DNA from: Candidatus Poribacteria bacterium
Lineage (GTDB): Bacteria; Poribacteria; WGA-4E; WGA-3G
Direction of reading: 5' to 3'
DNA: 64,000 nucleotides
Assembly (NCBI GenBank): GCA_965198235.1
Contig: OZ240248.1
Location: forward strand, 2,080,001-2,144,000
Under the pieces are notes generated by a model, which worked only from the letters and a program-made list of their open reading frames with translations, was not told the DNA's origin and made no database searches. Below are positions 1 through 9,254 of this stretch, piece by piece (the stretch's first letter is position 1; every line of letters starts with the position of its first letter). A program made the translations under genes and the position numbers.

Positions 1-262
1 AGGGAATGAAAACGGTCTGACCGGTAGAGAGGGTTTGACGTTCCTCACCGAGGCACATTTCGCCTTCGCCTTCAACGATGAAGTAGATCTCTTCCTGTTC
101 GTGGTTGTGCCACGGCACTTGCCCACCGTTTGGCTCTAAGACGACGAACCCCATACAGAATTCACCTATCTGGATCGGGGATGCACCGCCGACGAGATTT
201 TTGGTCCGTCTACGGGCAGGATAGGTCCTACCTTCAATTTCATTTAGATCTGAGATTAGCAT
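1..262 (-). CDS. Cupin domain protein (3' end runs off window)
   Basis: Manual translation MLISDLNEIEGRTYPARRRTKNLVGG...GQVPWHNHEQEEIYFIVEGEGEM contains the cupin HxH...E motif; GAAAGGA SD upstream. Not in the ORF track. Confidence 0.85.
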   Translation of the reverse strand, partial: MLISDLNEIEGRTYPARRRTKNLVGGASPIQIGEFCMGFVVLEPNGGQVPWHNHEQEEIYFIVEGEGEMCLGEERQTLSTGQTVFIP

Positions 263-306
263 ATATGTTGTCCTTTCTAAAGAAACACGTCTTTTTTATG
301 GGAGCA

Positions 307-876
307 CTACTCAAAAAATTCTGCCACTTGACAAGAAAATCCTTCAACGACATTCTCACCGGTGAGGGTATCATTCCGGGTGAGCAGTGTGATGTCTACC
401 TCTGAACGATAGACTGTTACCGTCTTGGATAGAGGTTTAAGAACCCATACAAGTTGTGTGCCCGCCTCAAGGTAGGCAAACACTTTTTCCTCAACCCGGT
501 GCCACGCATCTGTTTGAGAAACCACCTCAACAGCGAGGTCTGGGGGGACAGGAGAGGCTTTACTACGATCGTCGGGTACATGTTCGTTTGAAAGAAGCGC
601 AATATCTGGCATCAGCACACGTTCACCAACCCGGAAACCTGTGTCTGGCATATAAACACGTCCTAATTGATTTTCACGCACGTACGAGTTTAAGAGCGAA
701 ATTAGGTTCATACTAATGTCGCCATGCTCTATTGACGTAGGTGGCACTCGGAATAATTCTCCTTTAACATATTCATACCCTTCTAAATCGCTTTCAAGGA
801 ATTCCTCCAACGTCATTGTAGCAATTTCAGGAGGGAGATTTTCTTGAGAAAATTGCTGAACATCTTGAGAATCCAT
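307..876 (-). CDS. Uma2 (DUF820) family endonuclease
   Basis: YEYVKGEL, PDIA, PPDLAVEVVS and YLEAGTQLVWV motifs. Confidence 0.9.
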   Translation of the reverse strand: MDSQDVQQFSQENLPPEIATMTLEEFLESDLEGYEYVKGELFRVPPTSIEHGDISMNLISLLNSYVRENQLGRVYMPDTGFRVGERVLMPDIALLSNEHVPDDRSKASPVPPDLAVEVVSQTDAWHRVEEKVFAYLEAGTQLVWVLKPLSKTVTVYRSEVDITLLTRNDTLTGENVVEGFSCQVAEFFE

Positions 877-996
877 GATTTATCCTCCTATGATGCCTCA
901 TCAAGCATATTTTTCTACGCTCTTTGAGATTTTACCACATGCTCGTATGGAATCCAATTGCTATCTCACCATCTTGAAGGCTGGGTCTATTTATTA

Positions 997-1203
997 TAGG
1001 ACTTACGCATTCTCTCTTAAAGTCCCCCTGATAAGGGGCGGGGAATGCCATACGGGGAATGCCATACGGAGAACCTTCATACCGTTGATTCGCATTCATA
1101 CCCGGGGAAGCCCACATGGGAACCTCATACCGTTGATTCTGATTCTTTAGGGGGTTAAATACAACGAAATATGCCCTTTTCTGTTCAATTTGCGTAAGTC
1201 CTG
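997..1203. mobile_element. MITE-like repeat with AGGACTTACGCA terminal inverted repeats, copy 1 (contains nested micro-insertions)
   Basis: AGGACTTACGCA...TGCGTAAGTCCT ends; homologous copy at 11248-11413. Confidence 0.8.
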
Positions 1204-1210
1204 TATTATA

Positions 1211-1243
1211 TAGGCGTGCGCGGCAACAAAGCGCGCACGCCTA
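1211..1243. terminator. GC-rich hairpin downstream of ppdK, possible terminator
   Basis: TAGGCGTGCGCG-loop-CGCGCACGCCTA inverted repeat. Confidence 0.5.
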
Positions 1244-1270
1244 TATAACAACGATACACTTTATCCTTCA

Positions 1271-3907
1271 CTAAGCCTCGTCTTCAATGACAGCCTGTGC
1301 TGCCGCAAGACGCGCAATCGGCACGCGGAACGGGGAACACGATACGTAATTGAACGCTAATCCGTGACAAAACTTCACAGAATTCGGTTCGCCGCCGTGC
1401 TCACCACAGATACCGACTTTCAGGTCGGGACGTGTCGCCCGCCCTTTTTCGGAACCGATTTGCAATAGGCTACCCACGCCATCTTGGTCGAGGACCTGGA
1501 ACGGATCGTATTCGAGCACACCGTTTCTGACGTAGTCATCAAGGAATTTCGCTGCGTCGTCACGACTCATCCCGAATGTTGTCTGGGTGAGATCGTTGGT
1601 GCCGTAGGAGAAGAATTCGGCTTCGGCGGCAATTTTATCAGCAGTGAGTGCGGCACGAGGCAATTCGATCATCGTGCCGATAAGATATTCAATGCGGGTA
1701 CCCAACTCACTAAAGACGGCTTCAGCGGTGTCCACGACGACTTTGCGCTGCAAGGATAATTCGTTGATGTGTCCAACGAGTGGGATCATGATCTCTGGCA
1801 ACACAGTAATGCCGCGTTTCGAGACATCAATAGCGGCTTCAAAGATTGCGCGGGCTTGCATTTCGGTTATCTCTGGATAGACGATACCGAGTCTACATCC
1901 ACGGTGCCCAAGCATCGGATTAAATTCGTGCAATTCTTCGACGCGCTCACGGAGTTTTTGCGGCTCAACGTTAATTCGCTCTGCAAGCTCAAGGATTTCG
2001 GTTTCACTTTTCGGTAAGAACTCGTGAAGCGGTGGATCGAGCGTTCGGATCGTAACCGGATAGCCAGCCATCGCTTCAAAGATTCCGATGAAGTCTGAAC
2101 GCTGGTACGGTAGGAGTTTTGCTAATGCTTGTTGGCGTTCTTCTGTCTCATCGGCGAGAATCATCTCACGGATGGCATCAATCCCCGCACCAAAGAACAT
2201 GTGCTCGGTGCGACAGAGTCCGATACCTTCTGCGCCAAATTGTCGGGCATTTTTCGCATCTTCGGGTGTATCTGCATTCGTGCGAACACCTAAGGACCGA
2301 ACCTCATCTGCCCATTCCATGAGCGTCCCGAATTGGCCACTCAATTCGGGTTGGATGAGTGCCACCTGTCCACTCAGAACATCGCCTGTGGATCCGTTGA
2401 GCGTGATGAAATCACCCTCGGCGTAGCGTTTCCCCTCTGCGTAAAATTCCAATGCATCTTCGTTGATAAACAGTGCCGAACAACCAGCGACACAGCATTT
2501 CCCCATGCCGCGTGCGACAACGGCAGCGTGACTTGTCATACCACCGCGGGCGGTGAGTATACCCTCAGCAGCATCCATACCGCCAATATCTTCGGGTGAT
2601 GTTTCAGTACGGACGAGAAGCACTTTCTCTCCGGCGGCCGCGAGTTCTTCGGCGCGAATCGCAGTGAAAACGACTTTACCGACAGCAGCACCCGGGGAGG
2701 CGGGTAAGCCTTGGGCGATAACTTCAACGTCTGCATTCGGATCAACACTCGGATGCAACAGCTGGTCAAGGTCGTTCGCGGGGACACGTGTCAAGGCGGT
2801 ATGCTTATCAATCAAGCCTTCCTCGACCATTTCAACGGCGATACGGACAGCGGCTTGACCCGTACGTTTGCCGTTACGGGTTTGAAGCATGTAGAGTTTG
2901 GAATTTTGAATCGTGAATTCCACGTCCTGCATATCGGTATAGTGCTTCTCAAGTCTCAAACCGATATCGACCAATTCATTATACGCATCGGGCAAGATGT
3001 TTCTCAATTCGGCGACTGGAAGGGGGGTGCGGATGCCAGCGACTACGTCTTCACCTTGCGCGTTAATGAGGAATTCGCCGTAAAATTGGTTTGCGCCGGT
3101 CGACGGATTACGAGTGAAAGCAACCCCTGATCCAGAGGTTCCGCCCATATTTCCAAATACCATTACTTGGACGTTAACAGCCGTGCGTCCGAGTTCTTCA
3201 GAAATGTCGTTGAGACGGCGGTAGGTAATCGCGCGCTGATTTCCAGAGGATTCAAAAACGGCATCCCGTGCCATGTCCAATTGCGTGCGGGGTTCATCAG
3301 GAAAATTGCTTCCTGTGTGCTGTTTGACGGCGTTCTTGAATTCATGGACGAGTGCCGCTAAATCGTCGGCTTCTAATTCGGTATCTAATGTAACACCTTT
3401 CGCCTTTTTCTTTTCTTCAAGTAGATGTTCAAACTCATCGTGATCGACATTAAGTACAACGTTTCCGAACATCTGGACGAAACGCCGGTATGAGTCGTAA
3501 GCAAAACGTTCGTTTTCTGATCTGGCGATAAGTCCTTTAACGGCATCATCATTTAAGCCGAGGTTGAGAATCGTGTCCATCATACCGGGCATTGAGACGG
3601 CGGCACCAGAACGGACAGAGAGCAAGAGTGGATTTTCGGTATCACCGAACTTTGCGCCGAGCGTGGCTTCTAATTTCGCAAGATTCTCATCAATCTGTGC
3701 CTTAAGTCCGGCGGGGTACTGTTTGTCATTTTCGTAGTATAATTTGCAAACCTCAGTGGAGATGGTGAAACCCGGTGGGACAGGTACGCCGAGATTACTC
3801 ATCTCTGCGAGATTCGCCCCTTTTCCGCCAAGCAACATTCGCATTGTGGCGTTACCTTCGCTTTCACCGCCTCCAAAGAAGTAAACATACTTTGGTTGTG
3901 GCATCAA
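1271..3907 (-). CDS. ppdK: Pyruvate, phosphate dikinase
   Basis: LGGKGANLAEM, GGMTSHAAVVARG (phospho-His), GLCRTEHMF and GTNDLTQ motifs; 878 aa. Confidence 0.98.
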   Translation of the reverse strand: MMPQPKYVYFFGGGESEGNATMRMLLGGKGANLAEMSNLGVPVPPGFTISTEVCKLYYENDKQYPAGLKAQIDENLAKLEATLGAKFGDTENPLLLSVRSGAAVSMPGMMDTILNLGLNDDAVKGLIARSENERFAYDSYRRFVQMFGNVVLNVDHDEFEHLLEEKKKAKGVTLDTELEADDLAALVHEFKNAVKQHTGSNFPDEPRTQLDMARDAVFESSGNQRAITYRRLNDISEELGRTAVNVQVMVFGNMGGTSGSGVAFTRNPSTGANQFYGEFLINAQGEDVVAGIRTPLPVAELRNILPDAYNELVDIGLRLEKHYTDMQDVEFTIQNSKLYMLQTRNGKRTGQAAVRIAVEMVEEGLIDKHTALTRVPANDLDQLLHPSVDPNADVEVIAQGLPASPGAAVGKVVFTAIRAEELAAAGEKVLLVRTETSPEDIGGMDAAEGILTARGGMTSHAAVVARGMGKCCVAGCSALFINEDALEFYAEGKRYAEGDFITLNGSTGDVLSGQVALIQPELSGQFGTLMEWADEVRSLGVRTNADTPEDAKNARQFGAEGIGLCRTEHMFFGAGIDAIREMILADETEERQQALAKLLPYQRSDFIGIFEAMAGYPVTIRTLDPPLHEFLPKSETEILELAERINVEPQKLRERVEELHEFNPMLGHRGCRLGIVYPEITEMQARAIFEAAIDVSKRGITVLPEIMIPLVGHINELSLQRKVVVDTAEAVFSELGTRIEYLIGTMIELPRAALTADKIAAEAEFFSYGTNDLTQTTFGMSRDDAAKFLDDYVRNGVLEYDPFQVLDQDGVGSLLQIGSEKGRATRPDLKVGICGEHGGEPNSVKFCHGLAFNYVSCSPFRVPIARLAAAQAVIEDEA

Positions 3908-3923
3908 AAGCCTCCTGTTATTG

Positions 3924-4032
3924 GCTATCGGCCATCAGCAGTCAGCAGTCAGTAGGCTTTTGTGACAGTTGCAATATTTGTTAATACCACAAACATCTCT
4001 TTACCGATAGCCGATAGCCGACAGTCGATAGC
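3924..4032. repeat. Short 7-mer tandem repeats in inverted arrangement
   Basis: (CAGCAGT)n-like run on the left and (CGATAGC)n-like run on the right; similar run near 29127-29158. Confidence 0.55.
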
Positions 4033-4035
4033 TAT

Positions 4036-5394
4036 TTAGATTGAATAAATTGTTCGACTTGCTTCGTCAAATTCGGGTTTAAAAGGATCAGTCGAAAGGT
4101 AAAGGATCTGGTACGGCTCATAAAGTTGAATGTAGCTCCAATTGACACCGCAGAGGACTTTTCCCTCGTTAACTTTCTTAATAAACTTGCCTCGGAATTT
4201 CGCTCGGGTCCGTTCAGGTGGAAAGTGCTCAGCATGGCGAATCTGCTCATCCGTGACAATTCGCTCAATCTCCGATCGCTTTTCAAGGGTGTAGTAGAGG
4301 CTTTCCGTCTGACGCACATTGTGGTATTTTAAATCTAAGTGTTTGACCTGCGGGGCATCCCATTCAAGTTCACGCTTTGTGAGGTAGGTCTGTAGCCACT
4401 TCCACTTAATGACCCAATCTAATTCTCTGTCCAACTGCATCGGATCGCTTTCCAAGCATGTAAGGACGTACTCCCAGCGTGCCATCACTTGGTTCGTGGT
4501 TGAATCGGATTCGGCTTGTTCAAGGTATCGCTTCGCGCATTCTAAATATTGCCACTGTAGTTCGACAGCGGTGAGCCGCTTCCCGTTTTGGAGTTCAATC
4601 GGGTGTGTACATGTAATATCGTCAGAAATATCACGGATAGCTTTGACCGGGTTGCGGAGCGCGAACCGCTGCTCAATAAAATTATCTTCAATCATGCGGA
4701 GAATAATACCGGTTGTACCCACCTTCAAAAAAGTCGAAAATTCGGACATATTGGAATCTCCGACGATAACATGTAGGCGCCTGTACTTCTCGCGATCGGC
4801 GTGGGGTTCATCGCGCGTGTTGATAATCCCGCGTGCCGTTGTTGTGCCGATGGAAATTTCCTCTCGGATGTGTTCGGCACGTTGCGAAATTGCGTAGTAA
4901 CCACGATGACTCGGTTTGATTTTTCCTGCACCTGCGAAAACCTGTCGGGTTACGAAAAACGGTATCAACTGCGACGCCAACTGACGGAAATCGACATGTC
5001 GTTCCATCAAATAGTTTTCGTGGCATCCGTATGTATTTCCGGGGGTATCCAAGTTATTTTTAAAGATAGAAATCTTTCCATAGAACCCGTCGTTGCGCAT
5101 ACGCCGTTCCGCAGTGCTGGCAAGCCGCATAATAATGCGTTCACCCGCTTTATCGTGAGCGACGAGTTCAGTGACATCATCGCATTCAGGGGTCGCGTAT
5201 TCCGGGTGGCATCCGATGTCTTGGTAAAACCTGGCACCGTTTTCAAGGAAGACATCGGGATACATTCTCCCAGCAACAATTTCACGGAAGAGATACATCA
5301 CGACGTTCTGAACAGTGAGTGTCTTTCTACGTGGGGCATCTGGGGTCCAGATGATTCCGAATTCAGTTTCTAATCCGTAAATTCTACGTTTCAT
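4036..5394 (-). CDS. pafA: Pup--protein ligase
   Basis: RRIYGLETEFG, FLENGARFYQDIGCHPEYATPEC, GCHENYL and RDEPHAD motifs; last gene of the Pup operon. Confidence 0.93.
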   Translation of the reverse strand: MKRRIYGLETEFGIIWTPDAPRRKTLTVQNVVMYLFREIVAGRMYPDVFLENGARFYQDIGCHPEYATPECDDVTELVAHDKAGERIIMRLASTAERRMRNDGFYGKISIFKNNLDTPGNTYGCHENYLMERHVDFRQLASQLIPFFVTRQVFAGAGKIKPSHRGYYAISQRAEHIREEISIGTTTARGIINTRDEPHADREKYRRLHVIVGDSNMSEFSTFLKVGTTGIILRMIEDNFIEQRFALRNPVKAIRDISDDITCTHPIELQNGKRLTAVELQWQYLECAKRYLEQAESDSTTNQVMARWEYVLTCLESDPMQLDRELDWVIKWKWLQTYLTKRELEWDAPQVKHLDLKYHNVRQTESLYYTLEKRSEIERIVTDEQIRHAEHFPPERTRAKFRGKFIKKVNEGKVLCGVNWSYIQLYEPYQILYLSTDPFKPEFDEASRTIYSI

Positions 5395-5620
5395 CTTTTT
5401 AACTATCTGCCTCTAAGTTGCTCTCCATTACATTTCGAGCAGGTTTCTGGTTAAGTCGCGACTCGGTTTAGGGATTTGTCCGTTTTTAATTTTTGGCATT
5501 TCCGATTCCCGCCTTCCTCTGTTAAAAAGAGAACGTAGCCCGTAATGAAATGGAGGGCGGGTCTACGGAGAGGTAGGGAAGGTTCCCTAACCCCCCTCAA
5601 CGAATCGCAAGGAACAATTA
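5395..5620. repeat. Composite intergenic repeat (ATAGTTAAAAA-ending family plus GTAGCCCGTAATGAAATGGAGGG family)
   Basis: Segments recur near 6335, 45990, 47020, 57792, 59928 and 63648. Confidence 0.7.
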
Positions 5621-6334
5621 AAGAAGCGTTGCCACTTCGTCGGTAGAGAGTCGGCGAAATTTTCGTCGTTCGGTGGTTTGTTCAAGACATGCCACTTCTA
5701 TCGTTTCTGCGGTGATTTCATAGTTATCTTCAGTATCTGCTTCAACGGTTCGAAAGGTTTCTGTTACCAACTGGAGTGCTGCTGACATCTCTAAACCATC
5801 TGTATAATGCTGCTCTAAAATTTCTGTGATCGTCGCGGCACGCCCGCCAATAACGGCGTATTTCTCCTCTTCTGAATAGATGCCATCAAATGCAATATGG
5901 TAAATCTGATTCCTCTGTGTGTCTGAATTCATTGAGGCATCGGTGGTTGCTACCTCACAGACAAGGAGTTCAATCTCCAAGGGTTTAGCGTCCCATGCTT
6001 GTGCGACTGCTCCCATGTGTTGCGAATAGAGATTCGTCAACCATTTTGCGGTGACATCTTCACGGTAGTAGCGAAAGCCTTTAATTTCGGATTCGCGAAT
6101 GCCAGCAACACGTAATGCTTCATATTCAGCGATTCTACCTGCGGCTGCGAGAGCAATCCTGTCATAAATTTCGGAAATCTTAAAGGTCGTTTTGCGTGGA
6201 TTCTCGGCAACCATCAGGAGTCCATCCCGGAATTCTAAGACGACAACCTCTTTCGCTTGTGTGATGCCGCGACGGACGAAATCCTCTTTATCCTGACGGA
6301 TTTGTTCCGGTGAAACATAATAAGGTGTGGACAT
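5618..6334 (-). CDS. prcA: 20S proteasome alpha subunit
   Basis: PYYVSPEQ N-terminus, KISEIYDRIA; operon context. Confidence 0.95.
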   Translation of the reverse strand: MSTPYYVSPEQIRQDKEDFVRRGITQAKEVVVLEFRDGLLMVAENPRKTTFKISEIYDRIALAAAGRIAEYEALRVAGIRESEIKGFRYYREDVTAKWLTNLYSQHMGAVAQAWDAKPLEIELLVCEVATTDASMNSDTQRNQIYHIAFDGIYSEEEKYAVIGGRAATITEILEQHYTDGLEMSAALQLVTETFRTVEADTEDNYEITAETIEVACLEQTTERRKFRRLSTDEVATLL

Positions 6335-6491
6335 GTTTTTTAAGCTATTAAACTCCTGGGCTACCTTCCACTTCGTTTCAGGCAGGTTTCTGATTAATTC
6401 GCAAGTGGGTCTGGGTATCGGTTGGCTATTCTATATACGATCAATTTACAATTAACTTTGATACTTATACGTCCCACGGTTGGATTGGACA

Positions 6492-7286
6492 CTATAAGCG
6501 CGATATGAGGTCCCGATATAGTTCTTCAACGGTAGGCTCAGGAATCTCGGCGACTCCTTCTTCAGTAATAGTATAAAGTGTTGGGAAGATTTTCCGGATG
6601 AGATCAGGACCGCCTGTTGCGATATCCTCATCGGCAGCGTCCCAGAGCGCTTCTGCGACAATCTCTAACGCGTCTTGACGAGTCATCTCTGGAGTGTACC
6701 GTTTTTTTAGGGTTGTACGGGCATCCTTACCACCGGAACCGATTGCGTAATAGTCGTCTTCCTCATAACGGCCACCAACAGCATCGTATTTGAAAATTCT
6801 ACCGCGTTGCCGTTTCAAGTCGTAACCGGCAAAGAGTGGCAAGACAATTAAGCCCTGCATGGCAAGCCCCAAGTTAGAGCGGACCAGGTGTGAGAGGAAA
6901 TTCGCTTGCCCTTCAAGACTGAGACTCATTCCTTCTGTTTTTTCATAGAATTCGACCTCAACTTGGAAGAGTTTTGCCATCTCAATACAGGGACCAGCGG
7001 CACCCGCAACAGCGATTGCCGAGTGCCGATCGACTGGATAGACTTTCTGAATTCGACGCTCGCCGACCTGATACCCTTCTGTTGCCTGCCGGTCGCCAGC
7101 CATAACGACACCCGCATTATAAGCAACCGCTAAAACCGTTGTGCCTTCGTAAGAACGCAATGACGACTCGGGTGTGTGGACACTTGAGACGGCATCAGAC
7201 GAATTGTGCGTCGCCAATAATTCGGGGTAGCGACGCTTGAGGATTTGGAAGAAGTCAGAAGTGCCATAATCATCGAGGTCAAGCAC
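6492..7286 (-). CDS. prcB: 20S proteasome beta subunit with propeptide
   Basis: EG|TTVLAV processing site with catalytic Thr; AGDRQAT and GSGG motifs. Confidence 0.95.
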   Translation of the reverse strand: MLDLDDYGTSDFFQILKRRYPELLATHNSSDAVSSVHTPESSLRSYEGTTVLAVAYNAGVVMAGDRQATEGYQVGERRIQKVYPVDRHSAIAVAGAAGPCIEMAKLFQVEVEFYEKTEGMSLSLEGQANFLSHLVRSNLGLAMQGLIVLPLFAGYDLKRQRGRIFKYDAVGGRYEEDDYYAIGSGGKDARTTLKKRYTPEMTRQDALEIVAEALWDAADEDIATGGPDLIRKIFPTLYTITEEGVAEIPEPTVEELYRDLISRL

Positions 7287-7288
7287 TC

Positions 7289-7486
7289 CTACTGCCCTCC
7301 TCGTTGGATATAGTTTTCGACAAATTCTTGTGAATCTTCTTCCAAGATTTCATCGATTTCGTCAAGGAGCGAGTCTAAGTCTTCGACGAACTCCTCGTCC
7401 ATTTCACTCGATTCGACATTCAGTTCAATCTCTTCGGTTTCATCGACAGGATGATTGACCTGTTCCTGTTGTTTTTCAGTCGACAT
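7289..7486 (-). CDS. pup: Prokaryotic ubiquitin-like protein Pup (C-terminal GGQ)
   Basis: 65 aa, acidic, DSLLDEIDEILEE...FVENYIQRGGQ; lies between dop and prcB. Confidence 0.95.
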   Translation of the reverse strand: MSTEKQQEQVNHPVDETEEIELNVESSEMDEEFVEDLDSLLDEIDEILEEDSQEFVENYIQRGGQ

Positions 7487-7727
7487 GGTTTTCTCCTTTT
7501 ATAGTTATCGGCTATCGGATGGAAGGGTGGGGATCCACGCTTCCGTCCTTCCCTTCTTCCATTCCAGTCTCTTTCTAACGCCTTCTGGTGAAAATAACGC
7601 AATTGTTTCCGACCCTGTTGAAATTCACCAAGAACCTGCTCATAATTTTGCTTCGCAGTGTCCCGCAAGCCTCTATAGGCTTGCGCAGAATGCTTTACAT
7701 TTGGAGAGCAGACCAGAGGCCCATAAT

Positions 7728-9233
7728 TTAAAAACCTCGGAGTTCTCTAATGAGTTCTTCTGCTGTACAGTTGTTCAGCAACTCGCCAACGATCTTTTGT
7801 GTGCCGAAGTGGGGCCGATCCATCATAATTTTATCAAAGCTTCTTCGATCTTTACCAATAAAAATCATTGAGTTCCAACTGGCACTATAGATGTGCTTTG
7901 GAAACTTCCGTAAACAGGTGCCGCGAAAATATGCACGGGTATCCACAGGCGGATAGTGCATCGCATGCACAATTTCTTCATGGCTGAGCAATCGTTTCAC
8001 ATGTCCGTTTTTCAGCAGTCTAATATAAAGTCCTTTATCCGGACGGATATCATGATACTGTAAGTCAAGCATCTGCACATGTGCGTCAGTCCATTGGTAT
8101 CCGTGTCGTTTGCGATAAGCCTCTATCAATTTCTTTTTAATGACCCAGTCGAGGTGTTGGCTGAGCCGCATCGGATCGATTTCTAAGTTATCAAGCACAT
8201 ATTGCCATTTTTCGAGGACATCTTCAACGATAGGTGTCCGCTCTTCGGCTGTGAGATGTTGTTGCGCGAGTTTGAGGTACGCGCGCTGTACTTGTATCGG
8301 GGTCCACTGCTCTCCGTCTGCGAGTTCTATCTGATTTTTGCACGAAAGGTCTCGGGAAATACTTTTTAGTGCCGCAACAGCATCCTTTAAACTGAATTGT
8401 TTGCCAACAACACCTTTCTCAATCAACTGAAGCACTATGGAAGTAATGCCAACTTTGAGATAGATGCTGAATTCAGACATGTTAGAGTCGCCGACAATGA
8501 CGTGCAAACGTCGATAGATTTTGTCATCAGCATGCGGTTCATCGCGCGTGTTAATCAAAGGGCGATTCACCATAGTGCTGAGGCCTACCTCCTTCTCAAA
8601 AAAATCGGCGCGTTGGGAAATCTGATAATCTGTTTCGTTACTTCCATTTTCTGCACCGACTTTGCCGCTACCTGTGATAATGATACGGGTAACGAGGAAG
8701 GGGGTCAACCCATCAACAATTGCATCAAACGGCACTTTGCGGGACATAAGATAGTTTTCATGGGAACCGTAACTGTGCCCTTTGTAATCGGTATTATTTT
8801 TATAGATGATAATCTCTTGGTTGTCAAGCAAAAGGCGTTCAGCTGTTACCCTGCTGACTTCCAATATTAATTCTCCCGCCTTTTCGTAGAGAAGCAGGTC
8901 GCGTGCATTGGCACATTCCGGCGTGCAATACTCCGGGTGAGCATGGTCTACGTAATAACGTCCCCCGTTTATCAGTATATCATTGACGACGCTATTTGTG
9001 TCTGCCTCGCTGATAGGTGTTTCCGCCTCTGCGAGAAACCCACGAGCGTCCATCAAAGGACTTTCCTGTTCGTAATCCCATGTGACGGAAGAAGTTGCAC
9101 TCGGAATATCACCCCTTGAAGTTTTATAGGCGTTCACTACCAAGGTGGAAGCGGCAACCGGATCTTGCTCGCGCGCATTTTTGACTGAGATACCATACTC
9201 AGTCTCTGTTCCCATTATTATTGGTATTTCCAT
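7728..9233 (-). CDS. dop: Pup deamidase/depupylase
   Basis: IMGTETEYGI, NGGRYYVDHAHPEYCTPE, NNTDYKGHSYGSHENYL. Confidence 0.93.
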   Translation of the reverse strand: MEIPIIMGTETEYGISVKNAREQDPVAASTLVVNAYKTSRGDIPSATSSVTWDYEQESPLMDARGFLAEAETPISEADTNSVVNDILINGGRYYVDHAHPEYCTPECANARDLLLYEKAGELILEVSRVTAERLLLDNQEIIIYKNNTDYKGHSYGSHENYLMSRKVPFDAIVDGLTPFLVTRIIITGSGKVGAENGSNETDYQISQRADFFEKEVGLSTMVNRPLINTRDEPHADDKIYRRLHVIVGDSNMSEFSIYLKVGITSIVLQLIEKGVVGKQFSLKDAVAALKSISRDLSCKNQIELADGEQWTPIQVQRAYLKLAQQHLTAEERTPIVEDVLEKWQYVLDNLEIDPMRLSQHLDWVIKKKLIEAYRKRHGYQWTDAHVQMLDLQYHDIRPDKGLYIRLLKNGHVKRLLSHEEIVHAMHYPPVDTRAYFRGTCLRKFPKHIYSASWNSMIFIGKDRRSFDKIMMDRPHFGTQKIVGELLNNCTAEELIRELRGF

Positions 9234-9254
9234 TTTTTTATAAACTGTCAGCCA

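Noticed and set aside
1039-1145. CRISPR array
   Set aside because: The units are nested rather than regularly spaced with unique spacers, and there are no cas genes in the window.
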